Shown here piece by piece: positions 30,236-41,473 of a stretch of 64,000 nt of DNA. This DNA comes from Candidatus Sulfomarinibacteraceae bacterium. Its GTDB lineage: Bacteria > Acidobacteriota > Thermoanaerobaculia > Thermoanaerobaculales > Sulfomarinibacteraceae. Numbering within the stretch: the first letter of the stretch is position 1; every line of letters begins with the position of its first letter. Under the pieces are notes generated by a model. That model did no database searches. It was not told the DNA's origin and saw only the letters and a program-made list of their open reading frames with translations. The stretch lies in contig CAWAUY010000004.1 in the NCBI GenBank assembly GCA_963785275.1, forward strand, positions 477,782 to 541,781. Reading direction: 5' to 3'. The position numbers and the translations under genes were made by a program.

Positions 30236-31165
30236 ATGATCGAGGTCGAGCGACTGCGCAAGAGCTTCAACTCCCTGGTGGCCGTGGACGACGTGTCGTT
30301 CACCGTCGGCGAGGGCGAGATCTTCGGCCTCCTCGGCCCCAACGGGGCCGGCAAGACCACCACCATCAACATGATCTGCGGGGTGCTCAAACCCGATGGC
30401 GGCCGCGTCCTGATCGGCGGCAAGGACATCTGGCTCGAGCCGAAGACCGTCAAGCAGGGTCTCGCGGTGGTGCCGCAGGAGATCGCCGTCTACGAGGACA
30501 TGACCGCCCGCGACAACCTCAACTTCTGGGGCTCGCTGTACGGGCTGCGCGGGTCCGATCTGAAATCGAGGGTCGACGAGGCCCTGACCAGGGTCGGCCT
30601 CTCCGATCGAGCCGGCGGACAAGGTCAAGGACTTCTCGGGCGGCATGAAGAGGCGGCTCAACCTCTGCATGGGCCTCCTCCACCGTCCCCGGGTCCTGCT
30701 CCTCGACGAGCCCACGGTCGGCATCGACCCGCAGGCGCGGCTCAACATTCTCGAGGTCGTCCGCGAGGTCGCCGCCTCCGGCACCACCGTTCTCTACACC
30801 ACCCACTACATGGACGAGGCGCAGGACCTCTGCGACCGCATCGCCATCATCGACCACGGCAAGATCCTGACCGTCGGCACGCTGGACGAGCTCACGCGTC
30901 TGGCCGGCGAGGCCGAGGTCCTGCGGCTCAGCGGGTCGTTCGACGACGAGGCCGCGCGCGAACGCCTCGATGCCGTCGCCGGCGTCCGGGTGCTCAAGGC
31001 CGACAACGGCGTGGCCGTGCTGTCGGTCGATGCCGAGGCCCGGGTTTGTTGGCGGTCCTGCCGAAGATCCTCGAGGCCGATCTCGAGGTGGACGACGTCT
31101 CGATCCAGCAACCCAACCTGCAGAGCGTGTTCATCAGCCTCACCGGCAAGGAGCTCCGCGACTGA
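30236..31165 (+). CDS. ABC transporter ATP-binding protein (ABC-2/DrrA type); 2 frameshifts
   Basis: caggagg RBS. GPNGAGKTT is Walker A, FSGGMKRRL the signature, LLLDEPTVGID Walker B, and TTHYMDEA the H-loop. The gene is pieced from ORFs 30182 and 30645 and the tail of 30182. Confidence 0.85.
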   Translation: MIEVERLRKSFNSLVAVDDVSFTVGEGEIFGLLGPNGAGKTTTINMICGVLKPDGGRVLIGGKDIWLEPKTVKQGLAVVPQEIAVYEDMTARDNLNFWGSLYGLRGSDLKSRVDEALTRVGLSDRAGGQGQGLLGRHEEAAQPLHGPPPPSPGPAPRRAHGRHRPAGAAQHSRGRPRGRRLRHHRSLHHPLHGRGAGPLRPHRHHRPRQDPDRRHAGRAHASGRRGRGPAAQRVVRRRGRARTPRCRRRRPGAQGRQRRGRAVGRCRGPGLLAVLPKILEADLEVDDVSIQQPNLQSVFISLTGKELRD

Positions 31166-32417
31166 TGGCCGCCCTCGCCATCGTCCGCCGCGACCTCATC
31201 CGATACCTGCGCAACCCCGTGCGCACCGCGATGCTGTTTGCGGTTCCGCTCATGCTGTCGGGGATCTTCGCCCTCGTCTTCGGCGGCGGCGGCGCCGAAC
31301 AGATCTCGATCAAGGTCCTGCTCTTCGACGAGGACGAGAGCCTGCTTTCGAAACTCCTCGAGGGGGCCGGCGGTTCGTCGGAGATGGACCAACAACTCGA
31401 GATCGTTCCGGTCGGCGCAGGAGGGCTACGAGATGATGGAGCGCGGCGAGGCGTCGGCCCTGATCCACCTTCCGAAGGGATTCACCAGCGACTACCTCGA
31501 CGGGCCGGCCGACCACCATCGAGGTCGTCAAGAACCCGTCCGAGCGCTTTCTCCCGAAGGTCGTCGACGAGGGGGTCGGTATTGGTGCGGTGGCGCTGTC
31601 GGCGGGTTCGCGCGTGTTCCGGAGCGAACTCGAGACAGATCGGCGGTTTCGTGGACAGCGAGTCCTTCCCAACGGACCTCGCGGTCGCGTCCGTGAGCAC
31701 CGGGTTCAACCAGAAAACTCAGGAGTGTCGAGCGGTTCCTGATGCCGCCGGTGGTCGAACTCGAGACCCTCACACTCAGCGAGACGGCCAACGATGAGAA
31801 TGCGCCCGGTTTCAATATCCTCGCCTACTTTCTGCCGGGGTTTTCAGTCATGGGGATTCTGTTTCTGGCGCAGTCGGCGACCCGCGACATCCTCCGCGAC
31901 CGCGAGCAGGGATTGGTGCGCCACCTCCTGACCGCCCCGGTCACAACCGCCGACTACGTTCGCGGCAAGAGCCTCTCGGTCCTCCTGGTGACCACCGCCG
32001 GGTTCGCGGTTCTGATCGCCATCGGGATCGCGGCTGGCGTTCAGCTGGGGTTACGCCCCCGCCGCGGCCGCCATGATCGTGGCGTCGGCTGTCATGGCCA
32101 GCGGAGTCCTGTTGCTGATCACGAGCTTCGTCAGCAGCGAACGTCAGGGCGACACGCTCACCACCATCGTCATCATGGTGTCGTCGATGCTCGGCGGCGC
32201 CTTCTTCCCGATCTCGCAGATGCCGACGTTCCTCCGTCCGATCTCCGCCTCGACCCCGGTCTTCTGGTCGGTGGACGGCTTTACGAAGCTCACGATCGGC
32301 GGTGGAGGGTTTGCCGACATTGCCATCAACCTTGCAGTGCTGATCGGAGTCGGCGGGCTGTGCATGGCGATCGGTTCGTTGCTTCTGCAACGCAAGCTGG
32401 AACGGGGGGTCGTGTGA
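31165..32417 (+). CDS. ABC-2 type transporter permease; frameshifted
   Basis: The ATG overlaps the upstream stop (TGATG). MAALAIVRRDLIRYLRNPVRTAMLFAVPLMLSGIF.. is followed by a large loop, then FNILAYFLPGFSVMGILFLAQSATRDILRDREQG and TPVFWSVDGF. Confidence 0.7.
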
Positions 32418-33589
32418 TGCGCAAGATCGCAGCCATCGCCGCTCCACGATCTTCGCCGGACCCTCGCCGACCGCGGCGCGGTGATGTGGATGTTTCTGCT
32501 GCCCGATCGTCTTCGCGACCTTTTTCGGGCTCGTCACCGGCGGCGGCAGTTCCAACCCCGCGGATGCTCAGGCCAGCCTGACCGTGGTCGACAACGACGG
32601 CGGCGTCGTGGCGCGCGGTCTCATCGATGACCTCGCGGGCCAGGGCGTCGCCATCACGGAACTGTCGTCCGAGGAGCGCGAAGCCTCCGAGGATCTGGTG
32701 CGAACGCTGGTTATTCCCGGCGGATTCAGCGACGGGGTGCTGGCCGGAGAGCAACAGACGCTGCGTCTCGAAAAGGAGCCCGGATCCTCAGAGGAAGCCG
32801 GCCTGGTGGTCCAGGCCCGCATCTTTGCCGCCATCACCACGGCTGATCGGGCGAACCGTCGAGGCGTCGCAGGGAGCTGGAGTCAGCCGACCCGGTCTCG
32901 AGTCAGGCGTTCTCCGACGTCGTTGTGCCGGACGATCTGGTCACGGTGGAATCCCGGTTTGCCGGCAATGCGACGATCCACCCCGACGGCTTCGCCCAGT
33001 CGATCCCGGGCATGGCGGTCATGTTCGTCATGCTGGTGGCTCTGACTTACGGCGCCGCCACCATTTCCGCCGAACGCGCCAACGGCCAGCTTCGGCGTCT
33101 CGATCACCGCCCCGTGACCCGGGCAGAAATCGTCGCCGGCAAGATCGGCGGCCGGTGGATCGTCGCAGCCGCCAGATCACGGCCTTCGTGCTCGTCGGTG
33201 TCGATCGCCAACAAGCTCTTCGGCGTCCAGATCGGCGACCGGCCCATTCCAGATGTGGCTCGTGCTGCTGCTCTACGGGCTGGTGGTGGCCCCGCTCGGT
33301 GTCGCCGTCGGCGGATGGTTCAAAGACCCCGACCGCGCCGCCAACGTCGGCGTCATGGCAACCATGGCGATGGCGGCCTTCGGCGGTTGCTGGTGGCCGA
33401 TCGAGGTCGTCTCGAAGCCGCTCAAGATCGTTTCCCTCGACTCTCCCGTCGGGTTGGGCCATGAGGGCCCTCCACGGGCTGATCTCCTTTGGCCGGGATC
33501 TCACGGACCTCGGGCCCGAGCTACTGGCCCTTGCGGCCTTCGGCGCGGTCTTTTCGTTCCTCGCCGCGCGGTCGCTGCGGGTGGATTGA
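32417..33589 (+). CDS. second ABC-2 type transporter permease; frameshifted
   Basis: The ATG overlaps the upstream stop (TGATG). The architecture matches the previous gene: MRKIAAIA..WMFLLP, a periplasmic-loop segment VVDNDGGVVARGLIDDL.., then GFAQSIPGMAVMFVMLVALTYGAATISAERANGQLRRL and WAMRALHGLISFG. Confidence 0.7.
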
Positions 33590-33856
33590 GACCGGATATG
33601 GCGATCGACGATACCGGCTGCCGAGACGTTCAACGCTAGGTGAACGTGGTACAAACTGGCATGGTCGACGACTTCAACACCGCGGCCGAACTCGAATCTG
33701 GCGCGCCGCCTCGCCGTCCTCGGGGCGTGAACCCGGCGAGGCGGACCGACTCGCGCGACTGATTCTGCTCTTCCTGATCCTCCCCGACCCTCCCGATTGC
33801 GCGCAACACATTTCCGCGCTTCGTGGAACTCAGAAGGCGGCCTCGAGTCCGTCGTC

Positions 33857-34453
33857 ATGACGGGCGGCGGCTGAAGAGCTCGAGGACGCGTTTCTCGAGC
33901 TCTACGCCCACCTCCACATGAACGAGGCCCCCTATACCTCGGACGAGCGACGGCAGCTGGACGAGGCCGGCGGCTACTGGAACCACGCCGGCGGTCTCAG
34001 CCCGATCCTCAAGGCCGAGACCGTGGATCGGACCCGAAACCGTCAGCGCCGACTTCGGCGCCGGCAACGGTCTCCAGGCGCTGTTCCTCCAGGTCCTGTA
34101 CCCGCACCGGCGAACCGTCCAGATCGAGATCTCGAAACAGGCGGTGGAGATCGGGCGCAGTCTCTGCGAGTGGCTGCGGGTCCCTTCTGAGCGGGTCGAG
34201 TGGATCGTCGACGATGTCCTCAATGTCCCGTCCATCGGCTACGACTTCATCTACCTCTACCGCCCCGTGCGCCCCGAGGGCCCCGGACGAGACTTTCTAC
34301 ACCCGCTTCGCCCGCGAGGTCGAGTCGGAAGACCGACCACCTGTGATCTTCTCGATCGCCGACTGCCTGCAGGATTTCCTCTCGGACGACCGCTACGAAG
34401 TCTTCTACGGCGACGGCCACCTGACCTGCTTCAAACCCCGGTCAGGGCGGTGA
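33857..34453 (+). CDS. class I SAM-dependent methyltransferase-like protein; frameshifted
   Basis: VSADFGAGNGLQALFL (a glycine-rich motif I-like sequence), RVEWIVDDVLNV and YDFIYLYRP are pieced from ORFs 33918, 34144 and 34214. The function is tentative. Confidence 0.45.
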
Positions 34454-34492
34454 GGCGGTTCGGACCAGTTCCCTTGCACCTCTATCAATCCC

Positions 34493-34580
34493 CTGTCGCC
34501 CCTCCGGGGCTCATCGGTATGAAAAATGTCTTCTCCTGGGGCTCACGCCCCAGGCTATATTCTGTCGCCGCTCCGCGGCT
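34493..34580. repeat. second interspersed repeat family, copy 2
   Basis: ctgtcgcccctccggggct...cctggggctcacgccccagg...tgtcgccgctccgcggct aligns with 13369-13457. Confidence 0.7.
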
Positions 34581-34597
34581 GGGAAAAGGCCCTCGTA

Positions 34598-34840
34598 CTG
34601 CGGAGGTGCCCCGGAACCGCGTGCGGATACGTGCCGCGTGCGGCGGAGGTGCCATTTATCGCATTGTTTGGGCTCGTTTCATCGGTCTACCGACACCGCT
34701 CGGGCAAACAATGCGATGGGTGGCTCCTCTCGGGCAAGAACGCACTTAAAGGCGGGTTCACTCGAACGCCGGAGAAGGTGACGCCTCTTCCCTGCAGGAG
34801 ATTTCTCCGCTCGCTACGCTCGGTCGAAATGACATTCAAT
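34598..34840. repeat. composite structured interspersed repeat, copy 2
   Basis: ctgcggaggtgccccggaaccgcgtgcggata cgtgccgcgtgcggcggaggtgcc is followed by the hairpin atcgcattgtttg(34658-34670)/caaacaatgcgat(34705-34717), then tggctcctctcggg...gagatttctccgctcgc..ctcggtcgaaatga. Confidence 0.7.
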
Positions 34841-34863
34841 AAAATCTGAAAGCACGAAGTGCC

Positions 34864-36627
34864 TCAAGGTGGGCCTTGGCCCACCTTCAGATACGTTGCT
34901 ACACCAACCGCCGTCCGACGGCGCTGCAGAATGTTGGCGACGCGGTCGCCCCACGGGCAGGCGCGAAAACACGTTCTTGACGACACCCTTTGTGAAGTAG
35001 GTCTTCTCCGAATAGTCGATGTCACTTCGACCAGCACCGGTGTGCCGGCGCGGGTGAGTTCGAGGGCGGCCGGCAGGACCGCGTCGAGTTCGGAGTCGCG
35101 GAGGATCCGGAAGTAACGGCACCCGGTCGTGCCGGGCGAATCCCTCGAGGTCGTAGTCGGGCAGGACGCTCGAGGTCTCGCGGTTGACCTGCATCTTCTG
35201 GAACTGGGCGATCTGCGACAGCTTGCCGTCGCGCAGGACGCACACCAGCGGTGCCGCCTGGTAGGCCGCGGCGGTGATCAACTCGAGCCCTGTCATCAAA
35301 AACGCGCCGTCGCCCGGCAGCGCCACGACGTCGCGGCCCGGGTTGGCAAAACAGGCGCCGATCGCCGCCGGCACCGAGTAGCCCATGCACGAGAAATCGG
35401 TTGGCGCGAGAAACCGACCCGGAGCTTCGAGGCGCAGGTGCTCGACAGCAAGGAAGGTGCCGTTGCCGCTGTCGGTGGCATAGACCGCGTCCTCGCGGCA
35501 GTGCCGCTGAAGAGCTTCGAACAGGATAGTGGGGCGTCACCCCGGTCTCGCTCGCCCGCCGCCGCCATCGCGCCACCACCTCGGCGTGCCCCTGTGCGAT
35601 CTCGCCCGCCAGGCTCTCCCAGGGGCTCTGCCCGTCCATCAGGTTCCGATAAGAGCTTCGACAAAAAGCCGGGCGTCGCCGGCGATGGCGAGCTTGGCGG
35701 CGAAATTGCGATTGAAGACCTCGGGCTCGATGTCGACGTGGATCAGATTCTCGGGCGGCTCGATGCCGAAACCCTGCCAGTCGTCACCTCGCCGAAGCGG
35801 CAGCCGATCGCCAGCAGGCAGTCGCAACCGTCCATGATCCGTGCGCGCGAAAGCCGGCGCCTGGCGTCCGAAACCGTTCCACAACCACAGGGGGTGGCTC
35901 TCCGGGAAAGACGCCCTTGCCGCTGAACGATGAGGTCACCGGCGTTCCGAGTTGCTCGGCCAGCGGCACCAGAAGATCGGCGGCCCCGGCCGCACCCTTG
36001 CCCGAGGTAGAGGGCCGGCGACTCGGCGTCCGCCAGCATGGCCGCGGCGCGCTCCACGAGATCGGATTCCGGAACGGTCCCGGTTTCCGGTTCGGGTTGG
36101 TAATGGACCTCGCCGATCTCCTGCCGCAGCATGAAGAACTGGGCGGGGATCTCCACCGCGACCGGCCCCGGCGCGCCGGAGCGGGCGATCTGGAAAGCTC
36201 GGCGGATGGTGGGATAGAGGTCCTCGGCACGATCGACCCGTACCGCCTCCTTGGTGATCGGCCGCAGCGCCGCGAGTTGGTCGATAGCGTGGAGCTGGTA
36301 GGCGGCCCCTGTGTCGGAGCGGATGCCGCTGGCGAGCACGACCATGGGCACGTTGTCCATCCACGCCTCGGCGATCCCCGACATGCTGTAGGTCACCCCC
36401 GCGCCGGGAACCACGTTGATCACGCCGACCTCGTCCGAGGATCGGGAAAAACCGTCGGCGAGGAAGGCGCCGGCAACCTCGGACGTCACGAGCACGGTCT
36501 CGATGCCGTCGTCCGTCGCGAGGGCGTCGTAGAGCTCGATATTGTGGGTCCCGGGGATGCCGAAGGTGAAGCGAACACCCTCGTCAACCAGGGCGCGGGC
36601 GATTTCTTTTGCCGCTCGGGTCTTCAT
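34864..36627 (-). CDS. thiamine-diphosphate-dependent enzyme, acetolactate-synthase-like family; several frameshifts
   Basis: MKTRAAKEIARALVDEGVRFTFGIPGTHNIELYDAL..VLVTSEVAGAFLADGFSR..GVINVVPGAGVTYSMSGIAEAWMDNVPMVVL is the N-terminal Pyr domain. MGYSVPAAIGACFANPGRDVVALPGDGAFLM carries the GDG ThDP motif. The 3' end is uncertain. Confidence 0.75.
34866..34887. repeat. perfect palindrome AAGGTGGGCC-TT-GGCCCACCTT
   Basis: Read directly. It lies at or just past the inferred 3' end of the ThDP-enzyme gene. Confidence 0.8.
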
Positions 36628-38143
36628 GACAGCAGCTCCTCTGCAGTTGTTGCGAATGCCCTCCGCGACGCGGTCGGCCAGAGCCATCACCGTGACGTAG
36701 GGGTTGACCTCGGAGCACTGCGGAAACAGGCTCGAATCGGCGACGAAGAGCCACGGCACGCCGTGCACCCTCCCCCACCCGTCGGTCACCGAATCCGTGG
36801 CGTCGCGCCCCATCCGGCACCCACCCATGAGGTGGGCAGAGGTGATCGAGATCTTGCCGGGTTTGACGTTGTCGCGTGGGATGAGCTCGTCGACCCTGTC
36901 GGCGTCGGCGGCATCGATGAAGAAGGTCTTTCCGGCCGGCGCATGGACCCGCTTCGCGCCGGCGGCAAAGAAGACCCTGCGTGCTCGCCACCATCGAGGC
37001 GTGGAGAGCGTCGAGAACCTCCGGCGTCAGGGTGTAGTCGACCACCGGACTCGCCCTTCGAGTCGAGGGTGACGCGGTTGTCGGCAAGAGCCGGGTCAAG
37101 GGCCAGGACGAGGATCATCTGCAGACGAGGGAACGCGCGCATGAGTTCGGAGTGCTCGGCGCCGAAACCGATCAGGTTCTTGGCCGTGACAAATGGGAAA
37201 TACATGCAGGTCTCGAGCAGGAAGCCGTCGCTCTGCAACGAACTGGTCGCAGTAATAGCTCTTGGGGTGGCCGCTGAAAGTTGCTCGATCTCGTGGTCGT
37301 GCTCGCCGACCAGAATCAGTGCCGGGTGGAGCGTGAGGTAGCGTCCGAGGGCGGGCAGACGCTCACCGAACCCCGACCGCAGAAGCAGCGCGGGGGAGTT
37401 GGCGGCGCCGCCGGCGCAGACCACCACGACCTTTGCCTTGACCCTGTGTTCGCCCGGCTCCCAACGCGAACGCCTCTCCGAAACCCGGGTCGGCTCCACG
37501 ACGGCCTCGCAGACCCGGTCGCCGATCCGTCGTCACCCGGCAGTTGGTGATCACCTCGACACCCTGGGCTTCCGCCTGCGGCAGCTGCACCCGGTGGGTC
37601 CCCTGTTTGGCCTGGTTGGGGCACCCGAGGTTGCACAGACTCGAACCTCTGCAGCCCTTGACGTTGATCGGGAAACTGTTCGACCCGGTAGCCGAGCTTG
37701 CGGCAGCCCTCGAGCAAACAGGCGGTTGTTGTCGTTGATCAGATCCTCGTCCAGCAGGTGGGCGTTGTTCTCCTCCAGGTATTTCAACGAGCGCGGGTGA
37801 AGATCCGCGAAATCCAGACCCCGGAACGTTCCACCGCTCGACAACCTCTTCCGGCATGGTCAGCGAGGTCCCCGTGTACATCACCGTCGAGCCGCCGTAG
37901 GCCCGCCCGTGCGGCCAGGGTCACGGCCCGGTCGCTGGTGAATGTCCCGCCGGAATCGAAGTAGAGCTTCTTCGACCATCTCGAGCTTCGCGTCCGGTGT
38001 ACTCCGTCTTCCGCGAGCTTGGCGCCCCACTCGAGGACCGCGATGCGGACGCCCGAGGCGCACAGGGGCGCCAGCTCCTTGGCCGCCGTGCCGCCCCCCG
38101 CCCCGGAGCCGATGATGACGATGTCGAATTCGTGCTCACGCAC
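36624..38143 (-). CDS. GMC family FAD-dependent oxidoreductase; several frameshifts
   Basis: GTG 38143 opens VREHEFDIVIIGSGAGGGTAAKELA (the FAD fold). GGSTVMYTG.., INVKGCRGSSLCNLGCPNQAKQG and the C-terminal GGCRMG...VTDGWGRVHGVPWLFVADSSLFPQCSEVNPYVTVMALADRVAEGI follow. The exact stop is unclear, because the frame reads into the next ATG at 36627. Confidence 0.75.
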
Positions 38144-38543
38144 GGAGACCGCCCGGCCGTCGAAGTCGGGTGGTATCCGACCAGACGATTGGTTTCCGGC
38201 TGTCCGTAGTAGCCCATGAAGACCATGGTTTTGAGGCCCCAGGTCCCCGACCGCAAGCAGACCCACGGGACAGTCCTCGAACCAGCGCAGTACGGCGTCC
38301 TGGCTTTCGGCGGACAGACTGTCGAACGGCACGCCATAACGCGGCAGCGGCGCCCACCTCAGGACGCCGAGAAAGGTCGCGAACTGGCGTCCGAACCGCT
38401 GGTTCCCGATCGCCAAGCGCTTCGTCGATGATGCCGAAGAAACGGCCCTGTCCGGCGGCGTCGAGATCGGCCTGTCTCGGGAACGATTCTCGACGGCAAG
38501 GACCCGCAAGAAATTCGGCCTTCTCGCGGGCGAGCGATTTCAT
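38136..38543 (-). CDS. gluconate-2-dehydrogenase-subunit-3-like small protein; frameshifted
   Basis: MKSLAREKAEFLAG.., GVPFDSLSAESQDAVLRWFED and TMVFMGYYGQPETNRLVGY are spread over three frames. The frame that starts the gene ends at TGA 38136-38138, overlapping the GTG of the GMC gene (GTGCGTGA). Confidence 0.45.
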   Translation of the reverse strand: MKSLAREKAEFLAGPCRRESFPRQADLDAAGQGRFFGIIDEALGDREPAVRTPVRDLSRRPEVGAAAALWRAVRQSVRRKPGRRTALVRGLSRGSACGRGPGASKPWSSWATTDSRKPIVWSDTTRLRRPGGLRA

Positions 38544-38685
38544 GCCGGCATTCTATCCCGGATGGTCCGAATATTTCGGGAAATGCGCGCGAGGTTCCGG
38601 AAATGCCATAATCCAGCACCAACGTTACGCAGTGGCAGCGACCGCCGCGGTCGTGCACGGCGGCGGCAAACCTGGGGGAAGACAC

Positions 38686-41444
38686 TTGGCCATCGATCCG
38701 CCGTCACGGCCCACACCGAAAAGCATCTCTCTTTTGGCAAGCTCGGACTACGTCGAACAGATGTACGAGCAGTGGCAAACAGATCCCGAAAGCCATGGAC
38801 GAGGAGTGGCAGTTGTTCTTCTCCGGGTTCGACCTCGCCTACCGTCCATCGGGCCCGGTGGCGTCGGAACGCGCCGCCGATCAGTCGAAGGTGGCCAGCC
38901 TGATCTTTGCCTACCGCAACATCGGCCACCTGATCGCCGACCTCGACCCGCTCGGCGACAATCTCGAAAGCCACCCTCTTCTCGAGCTCGAAACCTTCGG
39001 GCTGACTGAGGAGCACCTCGACCAGGTCTATCGACACCGGCCACCTCGGCGGGGAGCAGCAGGCCACGCTGCGGGAGATCCTCGAGGTGCTGCGGGACAC
39101 CTACTGCCGCACGGTGGCCGTCGAGTACCTCCACATCCAGGATATGGAGGCGAGGCGATGGCTGCAGGCCGAGATGGAGCCGGTTCGCAACCGGCCCGAC
39201 CTGACGCCGCGAGAAAAAGCACCGCATCCTCGGCGCAACTCATCGACGCCGAGCTCTTCGAGAGCTTCACCCACGGGCGCTACCAGGGCCAGAAGAGGTT
39301 TTCGCTCGAAGGCGCGGAAGCACTGATCCCGGCCCTCCACCAGTTCATGGAGACAGCTGCGGCCACCGGTGCCGAAGAGGTCGTGATGGGAATGGCCCAC
39401 CGCGGCCGGCTCAACGTCCTCGCCAACATCCTCCGCAAGCCCTACTCGATGATCTTCCACGAGTTCGAGGACAACGTTCGCCCCGATCCCTACGGCGGCG
39501 ACGGCGACGTCAAGTATCACCGCGGCTACAGCTCCGACTACGCGACCGTCGATGGGCAGACCGTCCACGTCAGTCTCACTGCCAACCCGAGCCACCTCGA
39601 GGCGGTGGACCCGGTGGTCGAAGGACGGACCCGCGCCAAACAACGCCGTCGCGGAGACAGCGCCCATCGCATCAAGGTCCTGCCACTGCTGATTCACGGC
39701 GATGCCGCCTTTGCCGGTCAGGGTCTGGTGGCGGAGACCTTCAACCTCTCCCAGCTCAAGGGCTACAACACCGGCGGCACGGTCCACATCGTCGTCAACA
39801 ACCAGATCGGCTTTACGACGCTGCCCGGTGAGTCCCGCTCGACCCGCTATCCGACGGACATCGCCAAATTCGTCGACGCGCCGGTCTTCCACGTCAACGG
39901 CGACGACCCCGAGGCGGTCGTGCACGTCATCGACCTCGCCCTTCGCTATCGCCAGCAGTTCGGCTCGCGACGTCGTCGTGGACATCGTGTGCTACCGCAA
40001 ACACGGCCACAACGAGGGCGACGAACCGGCCTTCACCCAACCCCTGATGTACCAGAAGATCCAAAACCGGCCGTCGACCCGGTCGATCTACCAGCTGCAG
40101 CTCGAAGCAGCCCACGACATCACCCTCGACGAGAGCGAGAAACTCACCAACTCTCTGCAGGGACCGGCTGGTCGAAGCTTTCAAGAGCGCCAAAGAATCG
40201 TGTGCCAGGTCGAAGATGAAAAGCACGCCTTTCAGGGCATCTGGACCGAGTTCGACCACCCCTACTGCTTCGACTGCACCGACACCGGAGCGCCCTACAA
40301 CGAGCTTCTGGCCGTGACCAGCGCGCTGACCACCGTGCCGGAGGGCTTCAATCTCAACCGCAAGGTCGCCCGCCGTCTTTACCGCCCAGCGCGAGACCGT
40401 GGAAAACAAGGGCGACGTCGATTGGGCCCTCGGTGAGCTGCTGGCGTTCGGCTGCCTTCTGTACGAAGGCACTCCCGGTGCGGCTCAGCGGCCAGGACAG
40501 TATTCGCGGCACCTTTTCCCACCGCCACGCCGCCTGGTTCGACACCAAGACCGGCGAGATCTACATTCCCCTGTTGCACATCAAACCCGACCAGGCGCGG
40601 TTCTGCGTCTACAACAGCATGTTGTCGGAGGCGGCGGTGCTCGGTTTCGACTACGGCTACTCGCTCGTCGAACCCGACATGCTGGTGATCTGGGAGGCCC
40701 AGTTCGGCGACTTCGCCAACGGCGCCCAGGTCATCATCGACCAGTTCATCACCGCCGCCTTCGACAAGTGGCAGACGGGTCAGCGGTCTGGTCATGCTGC
40801 TGCCGCACGGCTACGAGGGCCAGGGCCCCGAACACTCCAACGCCTACCTCGAGCGCTACCTCGCGGCCTGCGCCGAGGACAACATCCAGGTGTGCAACCT
40901 GACCACGCCGGCACAGCTCTTTCACGCCCTGCGGCGGCAGTTGCGGGCGGAGTTCCGACGGCCGCTGATCATCATGGCCCCCAAGAGCCTGCTGCGCCAC
41001 AAACGCGCCGTGTCGCCACGTCGATGAGCTGATCGAAGGCCGTTTCCAGGAATTCCTCGACGACCCCGTATCGCCGGAAGCGCCGAAGCGCACTCGTCTT
41101 CTGCTCGGGCAAGCTCTACTACGACCTCGAGGAGGCCCGCGAGGCCGCCGGCATCGAGGATGTCGCGATCGTCCGGGTGGAGCAGTTCTACCCGTTCCAC
41201 ACCGAGCTCTTCGAACGCGTCGTGGCACCGTACCGCGGAGCAACCGAGATCGTATGGGCCCAGGAAGAGACGCAGAACCGCGGCGGCTGGACCTATATGA
41301 TGCCGCGGTTGATGGAGCTCTTCCCGGACCGCGAGATTCGCTACGTCGGGCCGCGGGCCCAGCGCGAGCCCGGCGACCGGATCGCCCGGGATCCACCGCG
41401 AGGAACAGGCGGCCCTGGTTCGCGAGGTGCTGACAATCGAGTGA
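38686..41444 (+). CDS. sucA: 2-oxoglutarate dehydrogenase E1 component; many frameshifts
   Basis: [135 protein letters not shown] and [14 protein letters not shown] are all present. The TTG start at 38686 is tentative. Confidence 0.9.
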
Positions 41445-41473
41445 GCGGACGCGACCACAGGAGGGACAACCCC

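Noticed and set aside
36600-36640. In-frame fusion of the GMC oxidoreductase to the ThDP enzyme (ORF 35743..36828 reads through ...RGAAVMKTRAAKE...)
   Set aside because: The ThDP enzyme starts with a normal N-terminus at ATG 36627. An alternative frame gives ...EELLS* with a TGA overlapping that ATG (ATGA). In this indel-rich region a lost stop is more likely than a real fusion. This differs from the TamB-Omp85 case, where the downstream module lacks any start or signal peptide.
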